64,000 nucleotides of DNA from Candidatus Pacearchaeota archaeon (GCA_019659125.1 JAIFVX010000001.1:118097-182096); one strand, 5' to 3'. Counted from the stretch's first letter, positions 7,451-16,451 are shown. Notes: a model not told the origin generated them from the sequence alone. Translations and numbers: made by a program.

Positions 7451-10234
7451 TTATAAACCTTTCTCACTGCTATCCGCGAATTGCTGGAATTTCCTGAATC
7501 TCCATCGCTGGTAGAAATAGAACCCTGCTCCAATCACCAGTGTGCCCATAACTGCTCCTCCAACCCATACGAAAAAGGCATTCTGGGACAGGATACTCTT
7601 TCCCGTAATGTTAGATCTCTGGGAGATAGCCCTCTTGCATGACTCGACAGCTTCATCCAGCTTCGCATCACCTTCCTCAGACTTTCCCTGTGCAATGAGA
7701 CTCTTAGCCTCATCAAGAGTTTCCTTGATCTCCAGACACTCAGGGTTCTGAGCGATCAATGCATCCGTAAGGAGCACTTTATCTTGGATCTTTGTCCCCT
7801 GACCTACAGTAAGCAATATCTTGCCTGAGTCCTGATAAGCAGGATTCTGTACCGTAGCATTCAGAAGGATCTCGTATACACCATCCTCTTCCGTATTGAC
7901 ATCTACGATCAATGTAATATTTTTAGAGGCACCGATAGGAAGAATATTCAAGAATGAATTATCGAATGAGGCAAGCAAATCCTTCCGTAAAGCACCATCC
8001 TTAGATACGGTAGCCCTCACTACAATACCTCGAAGGTCAAGTGCCCCTCTATTAGCCAAAGTAATGGGAAGGATAATCTTCTTGTTCTTCTCAGTTGATA
8101 AAGGATTAGGAAGCAGCAGTTTCAAAAGAATAGGAGTTGATTTAGCAAAATCTCCCGATCCTCCGCCGCCTCCACTATTAGGAATTGGTACATTAGGATC
8201 AGTCGATATAACACCTACTCTGTAGTTGCTCCAGCCAGTTACATTAAAAATGACAGTACCTGCATTCAGGGAAGTAAAGTTATAGCAATAAGTAGCGTTA
8301 CAAGCAATATTATTCTTGAATATCAAAGGAGCGTCAAAGTTTGTAGGGAGGCCATAAAACGTTACATTAGCACTTTGGTTAAGACCCAAGCGATTATCAT
8401 TAACTGTGACCTTATCATTTTCTATCTTTATATCATCAGTTAAGTTATCTGCGCTCTCATTAATTGGCTGCAAAAACCTGATTTCCCCATACTGCGTGTT
8501 CTTGAAATTAACAAATCCCCCAACTCCAGAAAACGAATAACTTTCTACATAACCATCAGTAATAGATAACTGATTAGAAGAATTTAAGTTTAAAACCTGT
8601 AGAGCAGTATCAAAACCCTCATTCCCGCCGATAATCGTGTTATTAAACAGAATATTTCCAGAGGTGTTATTAAGATAAACTCCACCTTCCGAATTATTGG
8701 TTATTATGGAGGAGCTAAGAGTGATATTGGAACTATCTTCTATATAAAAACCAAGATGTTCCAAATTACTGATGAACATAGAGGAAAAATTATTGTTATT
8801 AGAATTATCGATGACAAGCACACCAAAGGTGTTGCGTCCAGCTGTAGTAATACTGCAATTCTGAATGCGATTGTTACCGCTACCTGAAAGTTCAAAACTT
8901 CCCATGCCATCAGAATAGGAACCGATACTTCTACCAGATCCTTCTCCACTTGAACCGATAGTACAATGGGCAATAGTGTTGTTAGAGCTACCTTGCAAAT
9001 AAATGGGGGGATATGCCGTTGTATCTCCAAAATCAGCAGTCACATACTGAAAGACATTGTTTTTACTGTTGACAACGCTTAAGCCTGCTCCAACCTGAAG
9101 AGACGCAACTGTCAAAGAAGTAAATGTATTATTGTCGCTTGAATCGAGATTAACTCTTCCCAAGCTTAGATTAGTAAAGCTATTATTATATTGATTAGTT
9201 AGATCTAAATTTCCATCCGATATTACAGAAATAACTCGGTTATGATTGCCAGTAACAGATAAAAGAGAACTACCTTGCTCTCTAATAAGTGTATCAAGGA
9301 GATTATTAGAGTCAAGAGAAACATACCCGGAAATGTTATAGAGATTATTATTAGATCCTACATTCATTCCGGGACTACTAACTGTAAGGTTGATCATTGT
9401 ATCGTTGATGTTAAAGAAATCAGTAGAAAATGCGAGGTTAGCTATCGTTAAATCTGTAAAATTATTGTTATGACCACTATCGTTAATGTCATTGATAACT
9501 AGAAACTTAGCAAAGATATTATAAGCACTTGCCGAATCGAGAATGATAGAATCTAGAGAACTAGGAGAAAGAATATCGCCAGTGTTATTAGCATCACGAT
9601 TAGTAAAGAAATTATTGGAACTAGAGATCAGTGATATAAGAGGTGACTGCATTGAAGAAAAATTATTTTGGGTGCTTGAATTCAATAAAATTTTTCCAGC
9701 AGAAGAAGTAGTTATATTATACATAGTATTATTATGGCTCCCTAAGAAATAAAAACTATAATTGTCTTGACTCGCATTAATTTTAAGAAATGTGATATTC
9801 GAACTATTTTGGATATAAATGCCGTAACCAGTTTTATTGACAGTGATATTGATAATGCGGGAATTAGTTACATTAAGGAGATTAAGGCCATAACCGGTTG
9901 TAAGAGCCATACTTAGATTACAATTCCTGATGGTAACATTATTAGCATGAGTCACATTGATGGCAGGTCTATTAAGAGTACTGTTAGCGATGATGAAAGA
10001 CCGACAGTTCAATTCAACATTCGAGGCATTAATAAGAAAACATCCTGTAGAATTGACAAGAGACCGGTTAAGGTTCTGCGTCATTGTATAGTTGCCTGCC
10101 GTATCTAACGTCTGACAGGTTGAAACGTCTCCTGGAGTCGAAGCGCTTACCAATGAAAAAGTATCCAACAATAAGAGTACTGCTAATATCCCTGCCAGTA
10201 TCCAAAATAAAAGAAAAATATTCTTAGACGTCAC
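7451..10234 (-). CDS. membrane-anchored surface protein 1: signal peptide, long right-handed beta-helix (PbH1/NosD-like) region, two beta-sandwich-like modules, Cys-bracketed helical hairpin, C-terminal TM
   Basis: 927 aa with a GTG start. Has a signal peptide, many repeats of the type NNVTIRNC/SNITF.., a GGGGGSG linker, a CARDB-like block PITLANRGALDLRGIVVRATV..ITLIVDVNTEEDGVYEILLNATV, then TM and YQRWRF. Very dense in N-x-S/T sequons. Confidence 0.75.
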   Translation of the reverse strand: MTSKNIFLLFWILAGILAVLLLLDTFSLVSASTPGDVSTCQTLDTAGNYTMTQNLNRSLVNSTGCFLINASNVELNCRSFIIANSTLNRPAINVTHANNVTIRNCNLSMALTTGYGLNLLNVTNSRIINITVNKTGYGIYIQNSSNITFLKINASQDNYSFYFLGSHNNTMYNITTSSAGKILLNSSTQNNFSSMQSPLISLISSSNNFFTNRDANNTGDILSPSSLDSIILDSASAYNIFAKFLVINDINDSGHNNNFTDLTIANLAFSTDFFNINDTMINLTVSSPGMNVGSNNNLYNISGYVSLDSNNLLDTLIREQGSSLLSVTGNHNRVISVISDGNLDLTNQYNNSFTNLSLGRVNLDSSDNNTFTSLTVASLQVGAGLSVVNSKNNVFQYVTADFGDTTAYPPIYLQGSSNNTIAHCTIGSSGEGSGRSIGSYSDGMGSFELSGSGNNRIQNCSITTAGRNTFGVLVIDNSNNNNFSSMFISNLEHLGFYIEDSSNITLSSSIITNNSEGGVYLNNTSGNILFNNTIIGGNEGFDTALQVLNLNSSNQLSITDGYVESYSFSGVGGFVNFKNTQYGEIRFLQPINESADNLTDDIKIENDKVTVNDNRLGLNQSANVTFYGLPTNFDAPLIFKNNIACNATYCYNFTSLNAGTVIFNVTGWSNYRVGVISTDPNVPIPNSGGGGGSGDFAKSTPILLKLLLPNPLSTEKNKKIILPITLANRGALDLRGIVVRATVSKDGALRKDLLASFDNSFLNILPIGASKNITLIVDVNTEEDGVYEILLNATVQNPAYQDSGKILLTVGQGTKIQDKVLLTDALIAQNPECLEIKETLDEAKSLIAQGKSEEGDAKLDEAVESCKRAISQRSNITGKSILSQNAFFVWVGGAVMGTLVIGAGFYFYQRWRFRKFQQFADSSEKGL

Positions 10235-10345
10235 CGTAGTTCACGCTCTTTTCCATGATAGAGGTTAGAGAAAAAAGAACTTTATAAGGATTCCGAGAGG
10301 CTAGAAACTAGCAAAGATTATAGTTAATTCCAAGCACTGGCCAGC
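10228..10345. repeat. 118-bp perfect direct repeat, copy 1 (partner 14090-14207)
   Basis: Base-for-base identical to 14090-14207 by hand alignment. Covers the last 12 codons and stop of the dockerin-like gene, the whole 73-nt spacer, and the first codons of the anchored gene. Confidence 0.9.
10280..10287 (-). promoter_or_regulatory. TATA box (TTATAAAG) inside the 118-bp repeat, upstream of anchored gene 1
   Basis: Plus-strand ctttataa. 23 nt lie between the box and the minus-strand ATG at 10256 (mini-ORF). This matches the spacing seen at other leaderless genes in the window. Confidence 0.55.
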
Positions 10346-12002
10346 CGTCTGAGCACTGAGTAACTGAAGTCATGATATTGCCTGAACCTGAGTTAGAATT
10401 ACTACCAAAAGTACATAAGAAGTCTTGAAGATTCGAACAGAATTTGTTATTGTTAACAGAATTTCCTCCACCTGATTCAAGCTGAAGACCTCTATAACCA
10501 TTCTTACTTCCACTGTTACCAGTTATGGTGTTTGTATTAGAGATTATATAAAATCCAGTTTGGTTGTTATTAGTAGCATTATTATTCAAAAGAGAGTTTC
10601 CAGGAGAGGCATAATCGACATAAAATCCTTCGACATTATTGTCATTTGCAGTATTAGAAATAAGATTGTTGTTAGCAGAAGGGGTCGGATCACTAGGGGA
10701 ATATAATTGTAACACAAATCCTCCAACATTGTAGATAATGCTTGATCCAGCATTCCTATTAGCGGTGTTACCTCGAAGGGTATTAGAACTGCTTCCTCGA
10801 AGAAAGAATCCATCAATACGATTGCTGTTGGCAGTTGAGTTGATAATACTATTACCATTACTCTTCTCAAGCAAGAATCCATTCTCACCATTGTTGTTTG
10901 CTGTGGAATTTATAACTTGGTTATTAGAGCTGGTAGAGATAAAGTAAAACCCATTCTTACCATTGTTGTTTGCAAAGTTGTTTCTAAAAATGCTGTTAGA
11001 GACTTTTCCTGATAAAGCGACGCCATACAAAGAGTTACTGTTTACAGTATTGCTGGTAACGGTGGTGTTTGTATTCCAGACGAGACCAATACCTGTTCCC
11101 TTGTTGTTATTAATAACATTGTTGCTCACAACAGTATGATTTCCTCGAACGGATATTCCTTGGTCGTTATTGCTTAAGACGTTGTTAAGAACTTGAGTAT
11201 AGTGAGAATTAGAATCTATACCTACTGCATTGGCCCCATTATTGTTGTTTATATTATTGTTATTAAGTATGGCTTTAGAGGATTGTTGAAGAATTACTCC
11301 AGATCCGCTTCTTGTGAGAGTGTTACCAGATATAAAGGAGTTTTGAGCATTATCAAATTGGATGGCTCCATTGATCATGGAATCGATAACACAGTTCCTA
11401 ACGGTGGCATTCATCACATTTGAAGCAACAACTCCAAAATTATTGCTAGCTCCATTAAATGCACCATTTCGTATAGCATGATTCTGACAGTCAAGCTCGA
11501 CATTTGATGCACTGATTACCATACAAGGACTAGTTGCTGGATCTATATCAGCAGTCAATAGGTATTTAGTGTCGGGTTGATTAAGAGCTGAACATGAAGA
11601 AACAAGTACAACTGCCTGTCCTGCAAGTGCTGAGCCTGTGCATCCAACTGTGTTGAACGCGGCAGCGAGATCAATGAAATCAGATATGCTGGTAGTTCCA
11701 TCCCTGTTGATATCAGTATTGGCACACCAGTTATTTGTTGTGCCGCATCCAACTTCATTAAAGTGAGAACTTACCTCGATATAGTCAGCAATACTGACAG
11801 TTCCATCGTGATTGATGTCAGTGTTATTGCACCAGTTGTCCTTCGTTACAGAAGATTGAATAGTGGAGTCTGTCGCTGATTCAGATTTCTTAGAATTTTT
11901 TGCAGTAGAAATAGCAGTTACGCTTAGGAGCATAACAGCGACTAAGAATATTGATAGCATGAATTTCAGCGCGTTCTTCATAGGAAAATAGTAGAACATC
12001 AA
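10308..12002 (-). CDS. secreted dockerin-like + beta-helix protein 1
   Basis: Signal peptide (likely true start MKNALKF), two segments WCNNTDINHDGTVSIADYIEVSSHFNEVGC and WCANTDINRDGTTSISDFIDLAAAFNTVGC (D-x-N-x-D-G Ca-loop), NosD-like NN.I.NN repeats, and a Cys-rich tail ending WPVLGINYNLC. Confidence 0.75.
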   Translation of the reverse strand: MMFYYFPMKNALKFMLSIFLVAVMLLSVTAISTAKNSKKSESATDSTIQSSVTKDNWCNNTDINHDGTVSIADYIEVSSHFNEVGCGTTNNWCANTDINRDGTTSISDFIDLAAAFNTVGCTGSALAGQAVVLVSSCSALNQPDTKYLLTADIDPATSPCMVISASNVELDCQNHAIRNGAFNGASNNFGVVASNVMNATVRNCVIDSMINGAIQFDNAQNSFISGNTLTRSGSGVILQQSSKAILNNNNINNNNGANAVGIDSNSHYTQVLNNVLSNNDQGISVRGNHTVVSNNVINNNKGTGIGLVWNTNTTVTSNTVNSNSLYGVALSGKVSNSIFRNNFANNNGKNGFYFISTSSNNQVINSTANNNGENGFLLEKSNGNSIINSTANSNRIDGFFLRGSSSNTLRGNTANRNAGSSIIYNVGGFVLQLYSPSDPTPSANNNLISNTANDNNVEGFYVDYASPGNSLLNNNATNNNQTGFYIISNTNTITGNSGSKNGYRGLQLESGGGNSVNNNKFCSNLQDFLCTFGSNSNSGSGNIMTSVTQCSDGWPVLGINYNLC

Positions 12003-12038
12003 TATATAAATGTTTCTGTGACCACTAAGTAATGAAAA

Positions 12039-14096
12039 CTAAGACTCAATTGCCTTTTGGAATCGCCAACGCTGATAGCTATAGAAGCCAATACCTACCA
12101 CAAATGCTCCGAGAATGGCCACTCCAACCCATATAAAGAAAGTACTAGGAGTGAAAGAATTTCTTCGCTGGCTGCTTACCTTTTGGGAAATTGAGTTCTT
12201 GCATCCTTGAATTGCCTCATCAAGTTTCGCCTGCCCTTGCTGCTCTTTTCCATCGGAAAGTAGTTGTTGGGCCTCATCAAGCGTTTCCTTGATCTCTAAG
12301 CACTCATGATTATTGGCAATCAGCTGTGCAGCAAGAAGCACTTTAGCTTGTGTTTGTGTCCCTTGCCCTACTGTTAAAAATATCTTAGCAAAATCCTGAT
12401 AGAATGGATCCCTGACGCTAGCATTGAGCAGGATTTCATAAACACCTTCCTCTTCAGTATTAACATCAACGGTCAAAGTAATGTTCTGTGACTTTCCTAT
12501 AGGCAATATATCTATTGATGATGTGTCAAACGAGGTAACTAAATCCTTTCGTAAAGCCCCATTTTTAGCGACGGCTGCCTTGACGACGATGCCATTGAGT
12601 GCCACTGATCCTTTATTCTCAAGTCGAATTGGTAGTACTAGTCTGCCATTCTTTGCAGATGAAACAGGGTCAGGAAGCAGTAATTTCAGCAATACGGGCC
12701 GTATTATCAATGATCCTCCGCCACTTCCTCCACCAGAGCTTCCAGGTAGAGTGAGCAAAGAAACAACACTCACCCTATAGGAACCATATCCTGTAATATT
12801 AAAGCTGACATTACCTACATTCAACGAAGTAGAATTAAAGCACCCTTGAGCTGTTCCGCAAGCGATATCATTCTTGAATATCAAAGGATTATCAAAATTA
12901 GTGGCAAGGTTATAAAGAGAGATATTCGCGGTTCTATTGAAACGTAGATCACTTATGATCGTAATCTTATTACTCTCAATCTTAACATCATTGCTTAAGT
13001 TTGTTCCCGAGCCATTGATCGTCTGTAAAAACCTCACCGATCCATACTTAGAATTTATGAATCTTGCAATAACTTCTCCTAAGAATCTATAATCTGCCAC
13101 TAAGCTATCAGTAACGTTTATACTAAGAGGGCTAAAAGAAATATTATTGTCAAAAATATATGTATAATTGGACCATCTTAAATGTAGCCCTGAACCTGAA
13201 ATATTGATAATAGAATTGTTAGATATGGTAGTATTAACACTTTTTTCAACATAGATACCTGCTTCCGTGCCGTTGTATATAAAATTGTTAAAAACAGTCA
13301 TATTATTACCTGTTAAAAAAACCCCTCGCAAAAAACTATTATTAATAAAGTTATTAGCCAAATAAGCATTATTAGCGCTGGATACAAGAATACCCATACG
13401 TTGCGAAACAACAGTATTATCGTAAATAGTAGTGTTAATACCGTAATCGTTTCCTCCAACAACAATAGCATCACCAAACGTAGTATTCTTAACAGTATTA
13501 TGAGATATAATTATGTTGTTACAGGTATCTACACTCACGCCATTAAATAATGATCCAATGATGATGTTGCCAAGAATAGTTATATTACTACCATCAATGA
13601 CAGAAATTCCATTAAAGGTGTGATTGAAAAAAACATTGTTACTAATAGTAACATTGTTAGAAGACGTAATTACAACTCCATTACTATTAGATGAGAACGT
13701 ATTGTTTGTTATAAGTGTATTATTGTCAGAACTAATTTGGAGGGCAGTAGTTGAACTTCCCAGAGTGATATTGCAGTTTCGTACGGTAAGATTAGTAATT
13801 TCATCTCCAATTATCGCAGGCTGAGGATTTGCATTCGTAGTATTATAAATGGAAAATCCCTTACAATTTAACTCTACGTTAGAAGCACTAACCAAAAAAC
13901 AAGAGCCAGATATTTCATCATCAAACACAGTAAGGCTTTTGTTCATAGTATAAACTCCTGATATGTTAAGCTCCTGGCAAAACGAAACATTTCCAGGAAC
14001 AGAAGCACTAACAAGAGATAAAGTATCGAAAGAAAACACTACTACAAATACTCCTATCAATACTAAAAACAAGAGAAATATGTTCCTAAACGTCAC
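12039..14096 (-). CDS. membrane-anchored surface protein 2 (paralog of 7451-10234)
   Basis: 685 aa with a GTG start and the same architecture. The N-terminus MTFRNIFLLF.. and the C-terminal ~330 aa align with paralog 1. The beta-helix core is shorter and diverged. Confidence 0.75.
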   Translation of the reverse strand: MTFRNIFLLFLVLIGVFVVVFSFDTLSLVSASVPGNVSFCQELNISGVYTMNKSLTVFDDEISGSCFLVSASNVELNCKGFSIYNTTNANPQPAIIGDEITNLTVRNCNITLGSSTTALQISSDNNTLITNNTFSSNSNGVVITSSNNVTISNNVFFNHTFNGISVIDGSNITILGNIIIGSLFNGVSVDTCNNIIISHNTVKNTTFGDAIVVGGNDYGINTTIYDNTVVSQRMGILVSSANNAYLANNFINNSFLRGVFLTGNNMTVFNNFIYNGTEAGIYVEKSVNTTISNNSIINISGSGLHLRWSNYTYIFDNNISFSPLSINVTDSLVADYRFLGEVIARFINSKYGSVRFLQTINGSGTNLSNDVKIESNKITIISDLRFNRTANISLYNLATNFDNPLIFKNDIACGTAQGCFNSTSLNVGNVSFNITGYGSYRVSVVSLLTLPGSSGGGSGGGSLIIRPVLLKLLLPDPVSSAKNGRLVLPIRLENKGSVALNGIVVKAAVAKNGALRKDLVTSFDTSSIDILPIGKSQNITLTVDVNTEEEGVYEILLNASVRDPFYQDFAKIFLTVGQGTQTQAKVLLAAQLIANNHECLEIKETLDEAQQLLSDGKEQQGQAKLDEAIQGCKNSISQKVSSQRRNSFTPSTFFIWVGVAILGAFVVGIGFYSYQRWRFQKAIES

Positions 14097-14207
14097 CGTA
14101 GTTCACGCTCTTTTCCATGATAGAGGTTAGAGAAAAAAGAACTTTATAAGGATTCCGAGAGGCTAGAAACTAGCAAAGATTATAGTTAATTCCAAGCACT
14201 GGCCAGC
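14090..14207. repeat. 118-bp perfect direct repeat, copy 2
   Basis: Identical to 10228-10345. Confidence 0.9.
14142..14149 (-). promoter_or_regulatory. TATA box (TTATAAAG) inside repeat copy 2, upstream of anchored gene 2
   Basis: Same sequence and spacing as 10280-10287. Confidence 0.55.
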
Positions 14208-15423
14208 TTTCTGTTGAACATAAAGTAACTGTAGTCATTTTATTTCCAGTTCCAGACGTTCCTAGAGAAGAGAAAAAGCATATATAATCATCACCAGTAG
14301 GGGAACAAATCTTATTATTAGAAACCACATTGTTAACGACCCGTGCAACCTGGAATCCTCGAATCCAACTATTAGTAATATTATTGTCTGAAAATGTATT
14401 GTAAGAGGAGCCCTGAGTTACAATCCCGTATCGATCATTATTCAAAGAATTACTCTTAATGGTGTTATAGCTAATGTCGTTGATAGACATACCTACAGCT
14501 CCATTATTGATAACATTGTTGGAAATAGTACTGTTCGTAAGATTGGTAACGCTTAATCCGATCCAATCCAAATTTAATAAATTATTAACAACGGTGAGGT
14601 TATTGGCAGGGTAGACGGGACCACCCTCTTCTTCAGTATACGAGATGGATATAGCTTGAGAATTATTAAGAAGAACATTCTTTGCTATGATGGTGTTTGA
14701 AGTTCCCATGACCTGAATTCCTTCAACATTGTTAAAAATAGTATTATTGATGACAATTGAATTGTCTGCACCATAAAGGCTGATTGCCCGATGAGTTCCA
14801 CCAACACCATATTCGATATCGTTTACGGAAGAAAGCTTACAGTTTCGAATAACTGTATGAGGTGAACCAGAAGTGATAAGATCATAGGCATGCGGTAAAT
14901 CATTGACAATACTGTGTCCCTGGCAGTCAATCTCTACATCGTGAACATCAACAATAAGACAATACTCACCATCTAAAGGCTGGGAAACATCAGATGTTAG
15001 AACATATTTTGTATTGGACTGCTCAAGACGCATACATGAAGAGATAGGAACAATTGATTGGCTTGAAACCGGCGCTTGGCAGCCAACCTTGTTAAAGTTA
15101 GCTGATACGTCAATGAAGTCACTAATGCTAGTCGTGCCGTCATGGTTAATGTCCGTGTTAGAGCACCAATCGTTTCCAATACTGCATCCAACTTCATTAA
15201 AGTGAGAACTTACCTCGATATAGTCGGCAATACTGACAGTACCATCGTGATTGATGTCAGTGTTATTGCACCAGTTATCGACGCTCGTGGCACTAATAGC
15301 GACAGAGGTCGTTGATGCAGTTTTCTTAGAGGATTTAGCAGTTGAGAGAGCAGTTACAGAAAGTAATAAAGCAGCAACTAGAAATACTGATAGAATAACT
15401 TTCATCGTGCTTTTCATACGCAT
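14170..15423 (-). CDS. secreted dockerin-like + beta-helix protein 2 (paralog of 10308-12002)
   Basis: 417 aa. Has a signal peptide, the same two Cys-bracketed NTDINHDGT.SI.D.I motifs, a shorter beta-helix and an identical WPVLGINYNLC end. Confidence 0.75.
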   Translation of the reverse strand: MRMKSTMKVILSVFLVAALLLSVTALSTAKSSKKTASTTSVAISATSVDNWCNNTDINHDGTVSIADYIEVSSHFNEVGCSIGNDWCSNTDINHDGTTSISDFIDVSANFNKVGCQAPVSSQSIVPISSCMRLEQSNTKYVLTSDVSQPLDGEYCLIVDVHDVEIDCQGHSIVNDLPHAYDLITSGSPHTVIRNCKLSSVNDIEYGVGGTHRAISLYGADNSIVINNTIFNNVEGIQVMGTSNTIIAKNVLLNNSQAISISYTEEEGGPVYPANNLTVVNNLLNLDWIGLSVTNLTNSTISNNVINNGAVGMSINDISYNTIKSNSLNNDRYGIVTQGSSYNTFSDNNITNSWIRGFQVARVVNNVVSNNKICSPTGDDYICFFSSLGTSGTGNKMTTVTLCSTESWPVLGINYNLC

Positions 15424-15493
15424 TTATTAAAAACTCAATATATAAATGTTTCCGTAACCACTAGAAAAGAGAAACAGTATTACGCCGTAGTAA

Positions 15494-16417
15494 CTAAAGA
15501 AGCTTGCGTTTGCTGAGATGCTTGAGTTCGAACTCATAGTCATGGAGCAATCCCTTTGTTGCTGCCTTTTCTTCATCAGAGAGTTTCGAGAAAAGAGAGA
15601 CAGCACGTTCGTGGATTGCATTGGCCTTGGGAATATTATATCTCAAAAGAGCCCGTTCTCCCTTGTTGAGCAGGGCCTTTAGCCTCCATATCTTATATCC
15701 TGATGAAGTCCTAAGAAGGGTAATAAGGATAGGTAATGACAATATCCATAAGATAGTGCTAAAATACGTTACAAGAGGTGAATGGGGGGATTTGCATGAG
15801 GCGCAGGAAGGACCGCAATCAATGCCTTCTTCATTGTCGTCTTGAATACCATTAGCACACGAAGGGCAATACGACGTTTCACCCTGGACAAAACTAAGCT
15901 CTAATTGTTTCCCGTATCTCCACGCAGCAAGATTAATCCTTGTTACGGGCTTGCTATATGTGGGATCAACGAGCGTCAAAAACTTCTCGCCGCAATGATC
16001 TGCTGTGATAAACTTTACGGGAAAGGTATCCTTACATGAGTGCTCTTCCGTAAAAGGAGCTGTGCAATTATTATAGTCTATGCATGGTCTCTCTTGATAT
16101 CCTTCAAATCTGATATTGCTCTCAAAGATATCAGAGGTTTTAGCGGTAAAGACGCATGAATTCCATGCGCCACATTGGATGTTTGGAGTGCATGAGGAAG
16201 ATACGCAGAGTTTCCTCTCAGTAATATCCTCGGTGCCACACGCTATATCCTTGCAAACCCGTGTTGTAAAATCATCAACACACGAACTCCACTCAGTACA
16301 ATCATACCGTGGATTGCACTCAATAGCCCTTCCTGTCGTCGATTTATTTGTCAACGCTGATGATAATGATATAAAAAGAAGTACAAAGACGAAAGCAATC
16401 ACCACTTTTTTGAGCAT
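15494..16417 (-). CDS. Cys-rich repeat surface protein with C-terminal TM and cytoplasmic tail
   Basis: Signal peptide, then repeats such as CNPRYDCTEWSSCVDDFTTRVCKDIACG and CTPNIQCGAWNSCV, a TM (ILWILSLPILITLL) and a ~70-aa helical tail. Confidence 0.6.
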   Translation of the reverse strand: MLKKVVIAFVFVLLFISLSSALTNKSTTGRAIECNPRYDCTEWSSCVDDFTTRVCKDIACGTEDITERKLCVSSSCTPNIQCGAWNSCVFTAKTSDIFESNIRFEGYQERPCIDYNNCTAPFTEEHSCKDTFPVKFITADHCGEKFLTLVDPTYSKPVTRINLAAWRYGKQLELSFVQGETSYCPSCANGIQDDNEEGIDCGPSCASCKSPHSPLVTYFSTILWILSLPILITLLRTSSGYKIWRLKALLNKGERALLRYNIPKANAIHERAVSLFSKLSDEEKAATKGLLHDYEFELKHLSKRKLL

Positions 16418-16451
16418 GAAAAGGAGAACAAATCATGCTATAAATAGTTAA

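Noticed and set aside
11938-12500. When I hand-translated the minus strand near 11940 I got an apparent extra G (agcGGacta). From there to about 12500 my coordinates were offset by 1 nt from the ORF track. That would imply a frameshift in the signal peptide of dockerin-like gene 1.
   Set aside because: The ORF track, computed from the same window, shows intact ORFs (10308-12002 and 12039-14096). My hand count agrees with the track again by 13624. The most likely cause is my own counting or reading error. Treat my hand-derived coordinates in this interval as plus or minus 1 nt.
8200-14100. Periodic AAT/ATT/GTT-rich sequence in the beta-helix genes, which can look like a short-period repeat array.
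   Set aside because: It is coding periodicity from Asn/Ile/Val-rich PbH1-type repeats. There are no identical direct repeats with unique spacers, so it is not a CRISPR array. No CRISPR-like array was seen anywhere in the window.
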